NCBI GenBank assembly: GCA_963727805.1 | Contig: CAVSHF010000005.1 | Location: forward strand, 672,001-736,000 | From: an uncultured Nitrospiraceae bacterium | GTDB taxonomy: Bacteria; Nitrospirota; Thermodesulfovibrionia; Thermodesulfovibrionales; Dissulfurispiraceae | Direction of reading: 5' to 3' | Length of the DNA stretch: 64,000 nt | Shown: positions 35,513-46,494 of the stretch, piece by piece | Position numbering within the stretch: position 1 is the first letter of the stretch | Layout of the letters: each line of letters starts with the position of its first letter | Program-made: the position numbers and the translations under genes | The notes under the pieces: model-generated | The model's input: only the letters and a program-made list of their open reading frames with translations | Database searches by the model: none | Told to the model about the DNA's origin: nothing

Positions 35513-36640
35513 ATGGTCAGAACAGAGGTCCTGATTGTCGGCGGTGGCCCCGCAGGAGCTACCGCCGCCAGATTTCTTGCTACGGCTGGTATCGATACCA
35601 TTCTTGTAGAGCGAGACTTTTCCTATGTGAAGCCTTGCGGCGGAGGGATCCCCTCGGGAGGTTTTCGTGAATTCGCCTTACCCGAAAGCATCATCAAAAA
35701 AAAGGTCGGGATAATAATCATTGTTTCGCCTGAAGGCCGGAGGATAGAACTGCCCCTGACTGGCGGCCATATCTGCATCACTGAGCGTGGCACCCTCGAC
35801 TCGACACTCAGAGGATTGGCCGCAGAAAAAGGCGCTTCTATTGTCGAGGGGGAATTCATCAACGTCGAACAAGGCATCGGAACCTCTATTTCATCTGTGA
35901 GAAAGAAAGTGGGTGGAGAGACCATACAGATACGGTCTAATTATATAATCGCCTCTGACGGGATCACCTTCAGCGTCGGCAGAAAGTGTGGTCTTCCAAG
36001 GCATCAGTTCTTGTATACCATTAGCGCTCAAATCCATCCCTTCACTATCGATGCCTGCGAGTTTTGGTTTGGAACGGGTCATGCATCGAACTTTTATTCC
36101 TGGATCTTTCCCTCGGATGGCTGTGCCTCTATCGGCACAGGGGGTAAAAACCCTCGTGAACTCCACGGGTTGCTGAACAATTTCTTAGGCAGGCGATTCG
36201 AGGGCCAACTGGAATCGTTTCTTGCTAATAATGTCATCGCACGTCCACGCGTCTTTCCAATCCCTACCTGGAGAGGGAATCCTGTAACCTTGGGGAATAT
36301 CCTCTTCCTGGGAGATGCCGCCGGGATGGTCATGCCGGTAACATACGAAGGCATCTACTATGCTATGAAGTCTGGCCAATTTGCAGCAATGGCAATCATT
36401 GAAAAGAAACCTGAAAATTACCGGAAACTTTGGGAGGGCAGATTTAAGAACAGGTTCTCGATAATGAACAAGTTTAAGGACCATTTTTTTAAATCCGACG
36501 AATCCATCGAACGATGGGTTGAGACCCACCGATCGACAACTGTGCAGGAACTTGCCGTAAGATTGTGGCTTCAAAAAGAGTCTGGGTCGCGACATCTCTT
36601 CTCATATTTGAAAGCCTTCGGCAGTTTCTTCAACAGCTAG
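35513..36640 (+). CDS. geranylgeranyl reductase family FAD-dependent oxidoreductase
   Basis: GGGPAG, KPCGGGIP, YSWIFP, GDAAG, EGIYYAMKSG. Confidence 0.85.
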   Translation: MVRTEVLIVGGGPAGATAARFLATAGIDTILVERDFSYVKPCGGGIPSGGFREFALPESIIKKKVGIIIIVSPEGRRIELPLTGGHICITERGTLDSTLRGLAAEKGASIVEGEFINVEQGIGTSISSVRKKVGGETIQIRSNYIIASDGITFSVGRKCGLPRHQFLYTISAQIHPFTIDACEFWFGTGHASNFYSWIFPSDGCASIGTGGKNPRELHGLLNNFLGRRFEGQLESFLANNVIARPRVFPIPTWRGNPVTLGNILFLGDAAGMVMPVTYEGIYYAMKSGQFAAMAIIEKKPENYRKLWEGRFKNRFSIMNKFKDHFFKSDESIERWVETHRSTTVQELAVRLWLQKESGSRHLFSYLKAFGSFFNS

Positions 36641-36690
36641 CCCCCGAGGCACTTACCACAAAGTAAGCTTTTACGTTAAAATAGAATATC

Positions 36691-37527
36691 TTGAAGCGAT
36701 ATTTCGTTTATTCAATTATCATTCATATTTTAATTGTGCTCATCGCCTTTTTTCTAATCCCGGACAAGAGAGAAAAGGGGCCAAAGCCGTTCATTGCACG
36801 CCTCGTTACACCTGAGGAAATAACACGAGAAGAAAGAAAAGAGGAAAAAAAAACGGTCCCGCAGAAGGAAGATACTATAAGCAAAAACGACGTAAACAGC
36901 CGCAGTCATTCCGTTGAAAGAAACACTCCAAAAGTTTTATCCGGCATCCCAACGAGCCCTTCAGCAAAGAAGGTTCCTGTGGGGCCACGTGCTTTAACTA
37001 AAGAGTTGCCATCGGCGGGAGAAGCTGCAAAACCTCTTTCCGATGTCGGAAGCGAAAAAGGTTATGCAGGTGAAAATAGGACAGCGCGCCCAGGGAAATC
37101 GCCTGTCCCCGGAGAACCCACCCTAAGGGAAAAGCTCTTTGATCGAGAAATCATAGGAAAATTGTCCAAGACAGATCAGGAGGGCACGAAAGAAGGCAGT
37201 TCCATCACTTTCGACTCAACCGAATTCAAGTATTACGGATATATGCAACGTCTGAGGGAAAAGATCGAAAGCGTCTGGCGATATCCGCCTGATGCCGCTG
37301 CACGGGGAATATACGGAGACCTACATATACAGTTTACGATTAAAAAAAATGGAGAACTTGGGGCCATTCAATTGATTAGGACATCGGGGTATAAAAGCCT
37401 TGATGATGCCGCTATCAAGGCTCTGCGGGATGCCGGGCCTTATTGGTCGCTTGACAATATTGGGACCGACAGTCTTACTATCACAGGACATTTCATTTAT
37501 TTAAATGGAGCATATTATATTAGATAA
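36691..37527 (+). CDS. TonB family protein
   Basis: N-terminal TM helix with S...H, charged linker, C-terminal W.YP..A...G, SG...LD.AA. Confidence 0.85.
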   Translation: MKRYFVYSIIIHILIVLIAFFLIPDKREKGPKPFIARLVTPEEITREERKEEKKTVPQKEDTISKNDVNSRSHSVERNTPKVLSGIPTSPSAKKVPVGPRALTKELPSAGEAAKPLSDVGSEKGYAGENRTARPGKSPVPGEPTLREKLFDREIIGKLSKTDQEGTKEGSSITFDSTEFKYYGYMQRLREKIESVWRYPPDAAARGIYGDLHIQFTIKKNGELGAIQLIRTSGYKSLDDAAIKALRDAGPYWSLDNIGTDSLTITGHFIYLNGAYYIR

Positions 37528-37561
37528 TAGAGTATGGTTTTTATGGAGCGTGTTTCCTGTC

Positions 37562-37801
37562 ATGTGTAAAAGACTTTTTCTAAAAACGGGGGATAGGGTA
37601 AAGCATCTCAATTATGCCCGATGGGGCATCGGAGAAGTCGTTGAAGAAAAGCACTCCAGGCTTCCGGGAGGTTTCTGTCTCGTGCGGATTCTCTTTCAGG
37701 ACGGCCACGAACGGTCATTCATCAACGACCTGAACAACGATCTCTGCTGCTATTATTCAGGGATCAGACTGATGGGAGATTTCAATATGTGGAAATGTTG
37801 A
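37562..37801 (+). CDS. small conserved-looking hypothetical protein (DUF3553-like, SH3-type barrel)
   Basis: GDRVKH...WGIGEV...VRILF.DG..R.F pattern; start uncertain. Confidence 0.6.
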   Translation: MCKRLFLKTGDRVKHLNYARWGIGEVVEEKHSRLPGGFCLVRILFQDGHERSFINDLNNDLCCYYSGIRLMGDFNMWKC

Positions 37802-37806
37802 ATAAT

Positions 37807-37842
37807 AAAGGGGATGCGGCCGCAGCAGGCCTCATCCCCTTT
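37807..37842. terminator. probable bidirectional terminator
   Basis: AAAGGGGATG.GGCC...GGCC.CATCCCCTTT hairpin between convergent genes. Confidence 0.75.
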
Positions 37843-37862
37843 GATGTTATTTTCTCGTGATA

Positions 37863-40100
37863 TTACTGAGAAATTCTCGGGGTTATAAAGATAAGAAGCT
37901 CGGTCTTATGGCTTTCCGTAGTGTCCTTCTTGAAGAGCCAGCCTAAGATCGGAACCTTTCCAAGGCCCGGAACCTGATTATTGTCATTAGTATCGTTGCT
38001 CGTTATAATACCGCCTATGACTACCGTCTCTCCGTCGTTCAGCATAACCTGGGTCAAAGCCTGTTTTATGTCAATAGCAGGGTTACCCAGAAAGTCCTTA
38101 TTGGTAAAATCGGGCTGATCTTTATTAACTTCTACTCTAAGCTGAATGGACCCGTCTGGAGCAATCTGCGGCGTAACCGTAAGTTTCAGGTTCGCGTCGA
38201 TATAAGTCGTTGTGTAGGCACTAGTCCCTCCAGACGAGGATTGTAAGGTTGTCACGGGGATTTTTTTGCCCTGCTTTATTACAGCAGATCGATTGTCGAG
38301 TGTCAGAATCTTGGGACTCGAAACAATTTTGGCCCTTCCGGTATCTTCGATAGCCGAAAGCCTGAGATCGATTCCTAAAGTCTGAGCTCGATTCAGAAAT
38401 CCGAGGGTTATGGCGCTGGTAGGATTAGTCAAAGTTGAGGTAGCGGCTGGCAAATTAACCACACCTGGCGCATTTATAGTTCTAGTTATTGTTCCGGTAG
38501 TCGGGTCGATAATATTGAAACCACCGCCGGGAATATTACTCACACTTGCGCCGGAACTTCCCCCTGCTGACGCTACCGACCCTGGCAAAGACCCTCTAGA
38601 GAATGCCTGAAGGCCCCAATCAACGCCGAGGCTATGTACATAATCATTATTCATTTCTACTATTCTTGCCTCGATGAGCACCTGCCGTGTAGGCTTGTCG
38701 AGGATATTCAGGAGTCGCTCGACCTCTTCTATGCTGGATGGTATGTCTTTTACAATGAGAGAGCGGGTTCTGGAATCAAAGCTTATAGTTCCCCTCGGCG
38801 AGAGTATTTTCCCTTTCTCTATCATATCCTTGAGTCCTGGTATTCTTCTATCTTGTTTTGTTATTTCGTCATGTTCTGTTATTTCGTCGACATTGGCATA
38901 ATTTATTGTAAACAATTTTGTAGAAATGTCTTCGGCTTTTCCGAAGAGTTCTTTGTTTTCAGCCATAGATTTCTTCTCATCCTGGAAGGCCTTAATGGTT
39001 GCAATCCTAATGATATTCCCTTCGACCACCTTCTCCAGATTAAAGGTCTTAAGTAAGATATCCATAGCCTGATTCCAGGGCACATTCATGAGCTTCATGG
39101 TAATCTTTCCTTTAACATCCGGGTGAACGACCATATTGTACCCGCCCACATCACCTAAAAGTCTCAGTATGGGAACAATATCCGCATCCTGGAAATCTAG
39201 AGAAATAACCTTAGTGCCGTTTACCACTTTGTCCTGAAATTCAGCGCTCTTTTCCGATCCGGATTTAGCAATCTTTTTTTCTTTCGTAAAAATATCCACA
39301 ACCACTTCATCATCGAGTATGAAGACTTCCGTATTCGTCTTTTCTGCCAAGCTGATGACAAATTTGAGCCTATCCTGTTCAGCCCTCACTTTAATATCCT
39401 TGACTCGTGCCGGGATTTTTGAAGGCAGAGCAGCCTTCATAGATACGCCCGGTATTTCAAGAATAACGGTGCCTTCCAGTTGATAGACAGTTGGCTCCAT
39501 CAGCTTGCCGTCTGCCTTTAGTATAAGTTCCAGCGTGTCTCCATCTTTGTCGAAGGACACTTCCGTAATTGATCGTGCAACCCCATCCTTACTCTTCGAT
39601 AACGGTTCCCCCTTGATTGACGGCTGTTTCATATCAACGGCCGTTTCGAGGGTCAGAACGAGCGTGTCATCCTTCACCTCGGCCTTAACCTCGGTAGGAG
39701 ATTGAAGTAGAATAGTCAGGCGTGCGGCAAGAGAAGGGGTTTCCACCTGTGATGGAATAATCTCTGTAACCCCTGATACGGTCGAGACTATCTTCTCCCT
39801 GAATTGCCCAATCGATGTTCCATCGAGTTCAACCGTTAGAGTAAAAGGGTCCGCTGGTTTATTCATAGTATATCTTATGGGGCCTTGAACCTTAATGCGA
39901 ATTGAGTTGTCCATCATCGATATATCGGTGATAACCGATGAACCGTCACTCACCTTGCTCTCGGCTGCAGAGGCACTCCCCATCAGTCCGAATATGATCA
40001 GCATTAGGGCCACACAAAATACCCACCCGCAAAAACTGCGAGAAGTCTCCCCTGTATCGGCCCTCTTTTTTAATTCCATTCCTGAAACTATCGAATTCAT
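37863..40100 (-). CDS. pilQ: type IV pilus secretin
   Basis: ISLDFQDAD, VPWNQA, QVLIEARIVE, VPGLGKVPILGWLF, ELLIFITP. Confidence 0.95.
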   Translation of the reverse strand: MNSIVSGMELKKRADTGETSRSFCGWVFCVALMLIIFGLMGSASAAESKVSDGSSVITDISMMDNSIRIKVQGPIRYTMNKPADPFTLTVELDGTSIGQFREKIVSTVSGVTEIIPSQVETPSLAARLTILLQSPTEVKAEVKDDTLVLTLETAVDMKQPSIKGEPLSKSKDGVARSITEVSFDKDGDTLELILKADGKLMEPTVYQLEGTVILEIPGVSMKAALPSKIPARVKDIKVRAEQDRLKFVISLAEKTNTEVFILDDEVVVDIFTKEKKIAKSGSEKSAEFQDKVVNGTKVISLDFQDADIVPILRLLGDVGGYNMVVHPDVKGKITMKLMNVPWNQAMDILLKTFNLEKVVEGNIIRIATIKAFQDEKKSMAENKELFGKAEDISTKLFTINYANVDEITEHDEITKQDRRIPGLKDMIEKGKILSPRGTISFDSRTRSLIVKDIPSSIEEVERLLNILDKPTRQVLIEARIVEMNNDYVHSLGVDWGLQAFSRGSLPGSVASAGGSSGASVSNIPGGGFNIIDPTTGTITRTINAPGVVNLPAATSTLTNPTSAITLGFLNRAQTLGIDLRLSAIEDTGRAKIVSSPKILTLDNRSAVIKQGKKIPVTTLQSSSGGTSAYTTTYIDANLKLTVTPQIAPDGSIQLRVEVNKDQPDFTNKDFLGNPAIDIKQALTQVMLNDGETVVIGGIITSNDTNDNNQVPGLGKVPILGWLFKKDTTESHKTELLIFITPRISQ

Positions 40101-40588
40101 TCTTCTTCCTCCCCGCGGAGTCTTAATACAATGTCTCGTGGACTCATAACACCTCTCGCATCCCTGACATGCTCCTTAATGACCACATTGTCCTTCACTA
40201 TTTTCGAGATTACACCATTATGGGTCCCAACCTTGGTTCCATCAGTTACTGTGTAAGATTTGCTGTCAGGCAGCGAAAATACCGCATAATACTTATTTTT
40301 GGCCCACAGGATGGCGATGACCTTCATTTCAGCGATTTCATATGTTTCAAGGGGTGAAACGCCCTTTTCGCGTCCACCTTCCCGTTTCGATACCAGCGGA
40401 GCAAAAGGGTCCCTTCTGTCAAGCCCTCTATACTCATAGGCACCGTCTCTGGGAGCACTCCCCCCTTGAGCTGCCTCAACCCCAGCGGGTTGTGCTGCAA
40501 ACACATCATGTCCCGCAGGGTGCACTCCGATAACGATGCAGGCCACCGCAATTATGAATATAAAAACAAGCACCTTTCTTGCCATCAT
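40097..40588 (-). CDS. pilP: pilus assembly protein PilP
   Basis: RRDPFAP, PLE.Y; position in pilMNOPQ. Confidence 0.88.
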   Translation of the reverse strand: MMARKVLVFIFIIAVACIVIGVHPAGHDVFAAQPAGVEAAQGGSAPRDGAYEYRGLDRRDPFAPLVSKREGGREKGVSPLETYEIAEMKVIAILWAKNKYYAVFSLPDSKSYTVTDGTKVGTHNGVISKIVKDNVVIKEHVRDARGVMSPRDIVLRLRGEEEE

Positions 40589-41196
40589 TTTTTCCCTTTT
40601 TCCGCCTTCTCCAATGCCTTCTTTTCCGCTTCCGGTATTGAAGAATAAGTCACAGCCGTAAAAGTTACGGCCAAGGTGGCGGACCCCTTCCTCGAAATCT
40701 TGCCAGTACTCTTCATTGATACATTATTCAAATTGACTATCCTTTCAAGTCTCGTAATGTTGCTAAAAAATTGGCCTATCCTGTGATAGATGCCTCGCAT
40801 TTCGACATTCACCGGGATTTCGTAAACATCTTTACTCGGGTGTACCGTCTTTGCGGCAGGCCGCCAGAGAACGATTTCGAGACCCGACTTCAGTCCGAGA
40901 TCAGACACCTGTTTCAATAGACCGGAAACTTCTTTTTCTTCCGGAAGTTTAGCCTCAAGTTCTGCCAGCCTCTTCGTCGAAGCCTCATTTTCAGCTATCA
41001 GGGAGGTCAGCCGATTAGCCTGTTGCGCGGTCAGTTGGATGGCGGTCCGCTGCTTTTCAACATCGGCGGCAACCCGACTCCTTTCATCAAGCGTCGGTAA
41101 TATCAGGAAAGTTACACTCAGAACAATAATCAACAGGGGGGGTAATATAAGAAGGATATTCTTTTTTGCAGGGCTCAGATTATCAATGCTTTCCAT
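40585..41196 (-). CDS. pilO: pilus assembly protein PilO
   Basis: TM plus coiled coil, LPEEKEV..LL, G.YH.IG.F, RIVN. Confidence 0.92.
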   Translation of the reverse strand: MESIDNLSPAKKNILLILPPLLIIVLSVTFLILPTLDERSRVAADVEKQRTAIQLTAQQANRLTSLIAENEASTKRLAELEAKLPEEKEVSGLLKQVSDLGLKSGLEIVLWRPAAKTVHPSKDVYEIPVNVEMRGIYHRIGQFFSNITRLERIVNLNNVSMKSTGKISRKGSATLAVTFTAVTYSSIPEAEKKALEKAEKGKK

Positions 41197-41198
41197 AG

Positions 41199-41771
41199 TT
41201 ATATCTTGACCTTAAAATTCAGTTTGAAGTTATACACATCCGTCTTATCTACCGTAGCCTGTTTAGTTTCCTCAAGATATACGTCCGAGTAAGTAGGCGC
41301 TTTCTTGAGGTTTTCAACGAAGGCAACAACATCCATATTAGTAAACCCGATGCCTTCAATTGTTACCTGGGGATTGTTATAAGCAACTGCCGAGAGCCAA
41401 ATTCCGTCCGGAAGCAAATTACTTATGTCGTCAAGGAGTCTTACTGGCACCGATTGATTCTTCTTGAGGTTCTCGATAAGACTGGATTTCTGCTGGATAG
41501 CCTTATTCAAGGCCTCATATTTATTGACCTCATCGATCTTCTTCTTGAACTCCACTATCTTTCCCTGATTAGCACCATACTCCGATTTTAAATCCGCAAC
41601 CTTCATTTTCAGGAAAAGAACAACCAGCGCCATAACAAGAATTGTCGTTCCTGTCGCAATCGCGAGAAGAGTTAGAAAAGCCATGCCCGTCTTTTGCTCC
41701 CCTGTAACAGGAATTTCAGCTTTTTTTTGCTTTTTCTGTTTCCTTTCGGCCAGCAGGTTGATCCGTATCAT
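41199..41771 (-). CDS. pilN: pilus assembly protein PilN
   Basis: MIRINLL motif, TM, LP.GIWL. Confidence 0.92.
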   Translation of the reverse strand: MIRINLLAERKQKKQKKAEIPVTGEQKTGMAFLTLLAIATGTTILVMALVVLFLKMKVADLKSEYGANQGKIVEFKKKIDEVNKYEALNKAIQQKSSLIENLKKNQSVPVRLLDDISNLLPDGIWLSAVAYNNPQVTIEGIGFTNMDVVAFVENLKKAPTYSDVYLEETKQATVDKTDVYNFKLNFKVKI

Positions 41772-42823
41772 TGCCTGTCCCCCGCACGTCTCATTGCAAG
41801 CCCGATAACCACAGCAGCTATGGGCGCGATATCCTTAACAACGGGCGCAACCTTTTCAGATATTCTGATTTTTTTGAAAACATCGGCTACTTCGACCGAA
41901 ATGCCGAGCCTCTCGGACATAAGGTGTGCAAATCCTTTGATAAGGGTTGCACCGCCGCTCAAAACAATGCCGTTAATGTCCTCATCTCCAACGTTGCTCC
42001 TGAAATACTCAAATGACCGATAGATTTCAGCGTAGATCTCATCAGAGGCACCGTTGATAATCTCGCGTGCAGATTCCTGCGATATTCCCTCCACAGCCTC
42101 CCCAAGCTTGACCCGCTCCGCTGAGTCCCTGGAAATATTCAGAGTTCTCTCAAGCGCTTCCGTATGGTAATTACTGCCGATGGCGGTGTCCCTCATAAAA
42201 ACGGGCTGCCCTTTTCTGAGGATGTTAATATTCGTTTTGCTCGCACCGATATTGACGAGAGCAACATTTTTTTTACCGGGGATTCCATAATTTGCCTCGT
42301 ACACATTTCCGATAGCAAAAGAATCGACATCGACGACTATCGGGCTCAACCCCGCTGTTTGGATAACATCAACATAGTCGCTCATCACGCTTTTTTTGAC
42401 AGCGACAAGCATGACGTCCATCATGCCTTCCTCATCGGATTCAGGGCTCAGAATCTCAAAATCAATATTAACATCCTTTATATCGAAAGGAATGTACTGC
42501 TCCGCTTCATACTTGATATTCAGGCTTAGTTCTTCTTCCGTGATGAGTGGGACTTTTATCACCTTTGTAATGACTGAGGAATGGCCCGAAAGTCCAATGA
42601 CTGTATCGGCCTTCTTAATTCCTGCTTGGTCAATCAATTCTCTGAGTGAATCAACAAGCTTTGCTTTATCAAGCACAAGACCATCGCCGATAATATCACG
42701 CTCAATAGGCAGCATACTAAAAAGCGTAAGCTCATAGCCTTCTTTCCCTGAATTGAGTTGGGCTATCTTCAAATATCGCGACCCTATATCTAGTCCTATA
42801 ATATTCTTTTTGCCTAATAGCAT
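41768..42823 (-). CDS. pilM: pilus assembly actin-like ATPase PilM
   Basis: GLDIGS, EAEQYIPF, NIGA, LSGG, GLAMR. Confidence 0.95.
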   Translation of the reverse strand: MLLGKKNIIGLDIGSRYLKIAQLNSGKEGYELTLFSMLPIERDIIGDGLVLDKAKLVDSLRELIDQAGIKKADTVIGLSGHSSVITKVIKVPLITEEELSLNIKYEAEQYIPFDIKDVNIDFEILSPESDEEGMMDVMLVAVKKSVMSDYVDVIQTAGLSPIVVDVDSFAIGNVYEANYGIPGKKNVALVNIGASKTNINILRKGQPVFMRDTAIGSNYHTEALERTLNISRDSAERVKLGEAVEGISQESAREIINGASDEIYAEIYRSFEYFRSNVGDEDINGIVLSGGATLIKGFAHLMSERLGISVEVADVFKKIRISEKVAPVVKDIAPIAAVVIGLAMRRAGDRQ

Positions 42824-42829
42824 ATCGTA

Positions 42830-42858
42830 TATTTAGCAGAAATTATTTGATTTGTCAA
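42830..42858 (-). promoter_or_regulatory. candidate promoter of pilMNOPQ
   Basis: TTGACA-17nt-TAAATA with a TG extension, 6 nt before the ATG. Confidence 0.55.
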
Positions 42859-42894
42859 GCATTTTATAACTCTATCGTCCATATGGGCTCACCT

Positions 42895-44691
42895 TTAAAT
42901 AGGCACACTTATTTTAATATTCAATTCTCTAAGTTGCTTCTGATCAACTGATGATGGGGCACCGCTCATCAGACAGACCGCTTTCTGCGTCTTGGGAAAT
43001 GCGATGACATCCCGTATCGATGCCGCCCCCACCATCAGCATTACCAACCTATCCAGGCCAATTGCAATACCCCCGTGCGGTGGCGCGCCGTACTGAAGCG
43101 CATCCAAAAGGAAGCCAAATTTCGAATACGCTTCATCATCGCTGATCCCGAGTATCTGGAACATCCTTCTCTGCACATCCTTCCGATGGATACGGATGCT
43201 ACCACCACCGACCTCGTACCCGTTGATTACAAGATCATATGCCTTTGCCATAAGCGAAGAGAGCAACTTCGAAGATCCCTTCATTGCAAATTCCACATCG
43301 GAGAGCTGCATCATCTTCTCGATATCTTCATCGGATGGCGAAGTAAAAGGATGATGCATTGCCGCATACCTTTTCTCTTCTTCATCCCATTCGAGAAGTG
43401 GAAATCCCGTTATCCATGAGAAATTAAATCCTTCACGGATAAGTTTGAGCTTTCTCCCAAGATCGAGCCGCATCCTCCCGAGAACATTATGAACTACACT
43501 CTCTGTGTCTGCAACAAAAAGAATCAGGTCACCCTCTTCTGCCCCGACTCGTTCCGCCATCTTCCTTAATATCTCCTCCGGGAAGAATTTCACGATGGGC
43601 GATTCAAACCCACTCTTCACTTTTATCCATGCGAGACCTTTTGCCCCAAGTTTTTTTGCATCCTCGGTAAGCGTGTCCACTTCTTTTCTCGAAAGGCCTG
43701 CCATCCCTTTTACGTTGATCGCTTTAACCCGCCCACCGGCATTGAGGGCATCGAGAAAGACTTTAAAGAAACTCGCGCGCGCAAGGTCGGCCATATCGAC
43801 AAGTTCCATGTCGAATCGTAAATCGGGCTTATCGCTTCCATACCGTTCCATAGCCTGCTTAAAGGATAGCACCATAAAGGGCTTATTTATTGTGATGCCC
43901 ATCACATCTTGGAAGAGTTTCCCCATCATTCCTTCGATGAGGCCCATGATTTCACCGCTGTCGGTGAATGACATCTCCATGTCCACTTGAGTAAATTCCG
44001 GCTGCCGGTCGGCCCTCAGGTCTTCGTCCCTAAAACATTTGACAACCTGGAAGTATCGCTCCATTCCTGATACCATAAGAATCTGTTTGAAAAGCTGCGG
44101 GGACTGCGGAAGTGCGAAGAAAAGCCCTGGGTTAAGCCGGCTTGGTACAAGATAGTCTCGCGCTCCTTCGGGCGTAGATTTCGTAAGCATGGGAGTTTCT
44201 ATCTCAAGGAAGCTCATCCCATCAAGATAATCCCTGATGCATTTGGCCACTTTGTGGCGCAGGATGAAATTGCGTTGAATTTCGGGTCTTCTCAGGTCGA
44301 GATAACGATGTTTTAAACGCAACATCTCTGATGCCTCTGCCGCCTCTTCGAGGGTAAAAGGAAGCACAGCCGCTTCATTCAGTACGGTTAATGTGTCTGC
44401 ATATATCTCCACCTTCCCTGTGGCAATGTCATCGTTTTCAGTCCCCGCCGGCCGGTGTCTCACTTCGCCGTGGACTGATATGACGAATTCGCTTCTGAGA
44501 CTATGAGCCAGCCGATGCGCCTCAGCTGAAACATCGGGATTAAAGACCACCTGGACAATACCGCTTCTGTCCCGCAGATCGACAAAGATCAGGCCGCCAT
44601 GGTCTCTCCTTCTAAAAACCCATCCAGCGAGATTGACCGAGGAACCAATTGCTGACTCCCTCAAATCTCCGCACCATTTATCTCGAACCAT
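42895..44691 (-). CDS. aspS: aspartate--tRNA ligase, probably non-discriminating (Asp/Asn)
   Basis: RRDHGG (His typical of non-discriminating AspRS), [25 protein letters not shown]. Confidence 0.97.
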   Translation of the reverse strand: MVRDKWCGDLRESAIGSSVNLAGWVFRRRDHGGLIFVDLRDRSGIVQVVFNPDVSAEAHRLAHSLRSEFVISVHGEVRHRPAGTENDDIATGKVEIYADTLTVLNEAAVLPFTLEEAAEASEMLRLKHRYLDLRRPEIQRNFILRHKVAKCIRDYLDGMSFLEIETPMLTKSTPEGARDYLVPSRLNPGLFFALPQSPQLFKQILMVSGMERYFQVVKCFRDEDLRADRQPEFTQVDMEMSFTDSGEIMGLIEGMMGKLFQDVMGITINKPFMVLSFKQAMERYGSDKPDLRFDMELVDMADLARASFFKVFLDALNAGGRVKAINVKGMAGLSRKEVDTLTEDAKKLGAKGLAWIKVKSGFESPIVKFFPEEILRKMAERVGAEEGDLILFVADTESVVHNVLGRMRLDLGRKLKLIREGFNFSWITGFPLLEWDEEEKRYAAMHHPFTSPSDEDIEKMMQLSDVEFAMKGSSKLLSSLMAKAYDLVINGYEVGGGSIRIHRKDVQRRMFQILGISDDEAYSKFGFLLDALQYGAPPHGGIAIGLDRLVMLMVGAASIRDVIAFPKTQKAVCLMSGAPSSVDQKQLRELNIKISVPI

Positions 44692-44717
44692 ATAACCTCC
44701 GTTTCGTATATACCTAT

Positions 44718-45443
44718 TTAAGGGGTCGGACCTATCTCTTTTTTTAATTCCCGTAATTCCCTTTCGGTCAATGGCCTCAGCTCTCCTATTTTGAGGCCGC
44801 TGAGTCTTATCCCATTGATGCTTACTCGCCTCAGCTTTAATGCTGGATGCCCAACTGCCTCAACCATCCTCCGAACTTGTCTCTTCTTCCCTTCGGTGAT
44901 CGCAATCTCGATCCATGAATTGTTTTCCGATTGCCTCGCGAACTTGACCTTAGCCGGCAAAGTCCGTCCATCCTCAAGCCTGACTCCCTGCCGGAGTTTA
45001 TTAATCTTGTTATCGTCGATGATTCCCTTAACCTTCACCATGTAAGTTTTGGGTATCTTTCTCGATGGATGAAGCACGGCATTTGTAAAATCGCCGTCAT
45101 TGGTGAGAAACAAAAGGCCCTCGGAATCGAAATCGAGCCTCCCCACCGGAAAGACCCTGTATCGGATGCCCTTCAAATAATCCTTTATCGTAGGCCTCCC
45201 TTGGGGATCGGCAAGGGAAGTCACAACATTTCTGGGCTTATTGAACATCAGATATACCTTGGGCTCACGCCTTATGAGCAGTTTACCATCGACCTTGATG
45301 TGGTCCTTCGAAGGGTCCGCCTTCTCACCGATCAGTGCGATCTTGCCGTTAACAGTCACTCGCCCCTCGACAATTATCTCCTCCGCCTTTCTACGCGAGG
45401 CGATGCCCATCTGGGCGATAATTTTCTGAATTCGTTCTTCCAT
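44718..45443 (-). CDS. rRNA pseudouridine synthase, RluB/RsuA family
   Basis: S4 domain, [19 protein letters not shown]. Confidence 0.93.
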   Translation of the reverse strand: MEERIQKIIAQMGIASRRKAEEIIVEGRVTVNGKIALIGEKADPSKDHIKVDGKLLIRREPKVYLMFNKPRNVVTSLADPQGRPTIKDYLKGIRYRVFPVGRLDFDSEGLLFLTNDGDFTNAVLHPSRKIPKTYMVKVKGIIDDNKINKLRQGVRLEDGRTLPAKVKFARQSENNSWIEIAITEGKKRQVRRMVEAVGHPALKLRRVSINGIRLSGLKIGELRPLTERELRELKKEIGPTP

Positions 45444-45462
45444 AAAGAACTGCTATGCTCTC

Positions 45463-46431
45463 CTATTTGATTTCGACATATGCTCGTTGACGCAAGCTCT
45501 TGATCCATGCTTTGTAATCTTTTTCGAACTTCTCGGCAAACAGTTTATCTTTTACAGCCTGCTTCAGTTCCGCAGGATTGTTATAGATCCTCGCGTTCTC
45601 GAGCAGAACGATATGCATCCCCCTGTCAGTCTTAAATGGTTCACTCACCTCGCCGGGCTTCAGCTTGGAGAGTGCGTCAAGAAACTCCCTAGAAAGGTCC
45701 GACTTATTCACAAAACCTAGGTCACCGCCGGCCTTTGCACTCGAATCATCCGAATATTTTCGGGCGGCATCAGCAAAGTTCTCTCCTGCCTTGATTCTTT
45801 CGTAAATAGTTCGCGCCTTCTCTTCGGACTGCCCGGGATCGTCAGTCTTTCTGACAAGGATATGACTGATCTTATAGCCTTCATCACCGGCTACCATCCC
45901 CTTGTTCTTCGCAAGGTAAGCATTCACCCCATCTTCGGTCAAGACGATCTTGCTTCTTACTTCAAAGTCAACAAGGCGATTAATGATAATCTGTTCAGAA
46001 AGCTTCTTTTTATACTCTTCCATGGTGAACCCTTCCGTCATGAGCGCATTAGTGAAGGCGGCATCGGTCATAGCATATTTTTCCCGGATGGCTGACATAG
46101 TCTTATTCACTTCGTCATCACTCGCATTTATGTTCGCCTTTCTTGCCTCCTGGAGTAGTATACGCATATCGATGAGATTTTCGAGAAAGACCATTTCGTT
46201 CTGCTTGAATATCTTGTGCCTTTCCGTCTCACTCATAGCCTTGACCGCCTGACTCGCATCGAACTCCATGGCCTTGTAAAGCTCGCTCCAGGTGATTACC
46301 TCCGAGTTAACCACAGCCACGACCTTGTCAAGCAGAATCGCGCTGCCGCTTGGTGAAAAGAGGCCAAGTCCTGCTATACAACTTATCACAGCAATTATAT
46401 TTATGCACAAAAACCTGAATCTTCTTCTCAT
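45463..46431 (-). CDS. SurA-like parvulin peptidyl-prolyl isomerase
   Basis: signal peptide, DKVVAVVN, SHIL, GGDLG, GEVSEP; start after GGAGG. Confidence 0.88.
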   Translation of the reverse strand: MRRRFRFLCINIIAVISCIAGLGLFSPSGSAILLDKVVAVVNSEVITWSELYKAMEFDASQAVKAMSETERHKIFKQNEMVFLENLIDMRILLQEARKANINASDDEVNKTMSAIREKYAMTDAAFTNALMTEGFTMEEYKKKLSEQIIINRLVDFEVRSKIVLTEDGVNAYLAKNKGMVAGDEGYKISHILVRKTDDPGQSEEKARTIYERIKAGENFADAARKYSDDSSAKAGGDLGFVNKSDLSREFLDALSKLKPGEVSEPFKTDRGMHIVLLENARIYNNPAELKQAVKDKLFAEKFEKDYKAWIKSLRQRAYVEIK

Positions 46432-46494
46432 AATACCCTCCGCATAATGACGACACATACTGATTTCCTTTATTTTCGCTTCTTTCCGGTATAG

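Noticed and set aside
35500..35520. TGCTACAAT extended -10-like sequence at the reductase start
   Set aside because: It overlaps the ATG itself, so it cannot produce a transcript containing that start; not counted as leaderless evidence.
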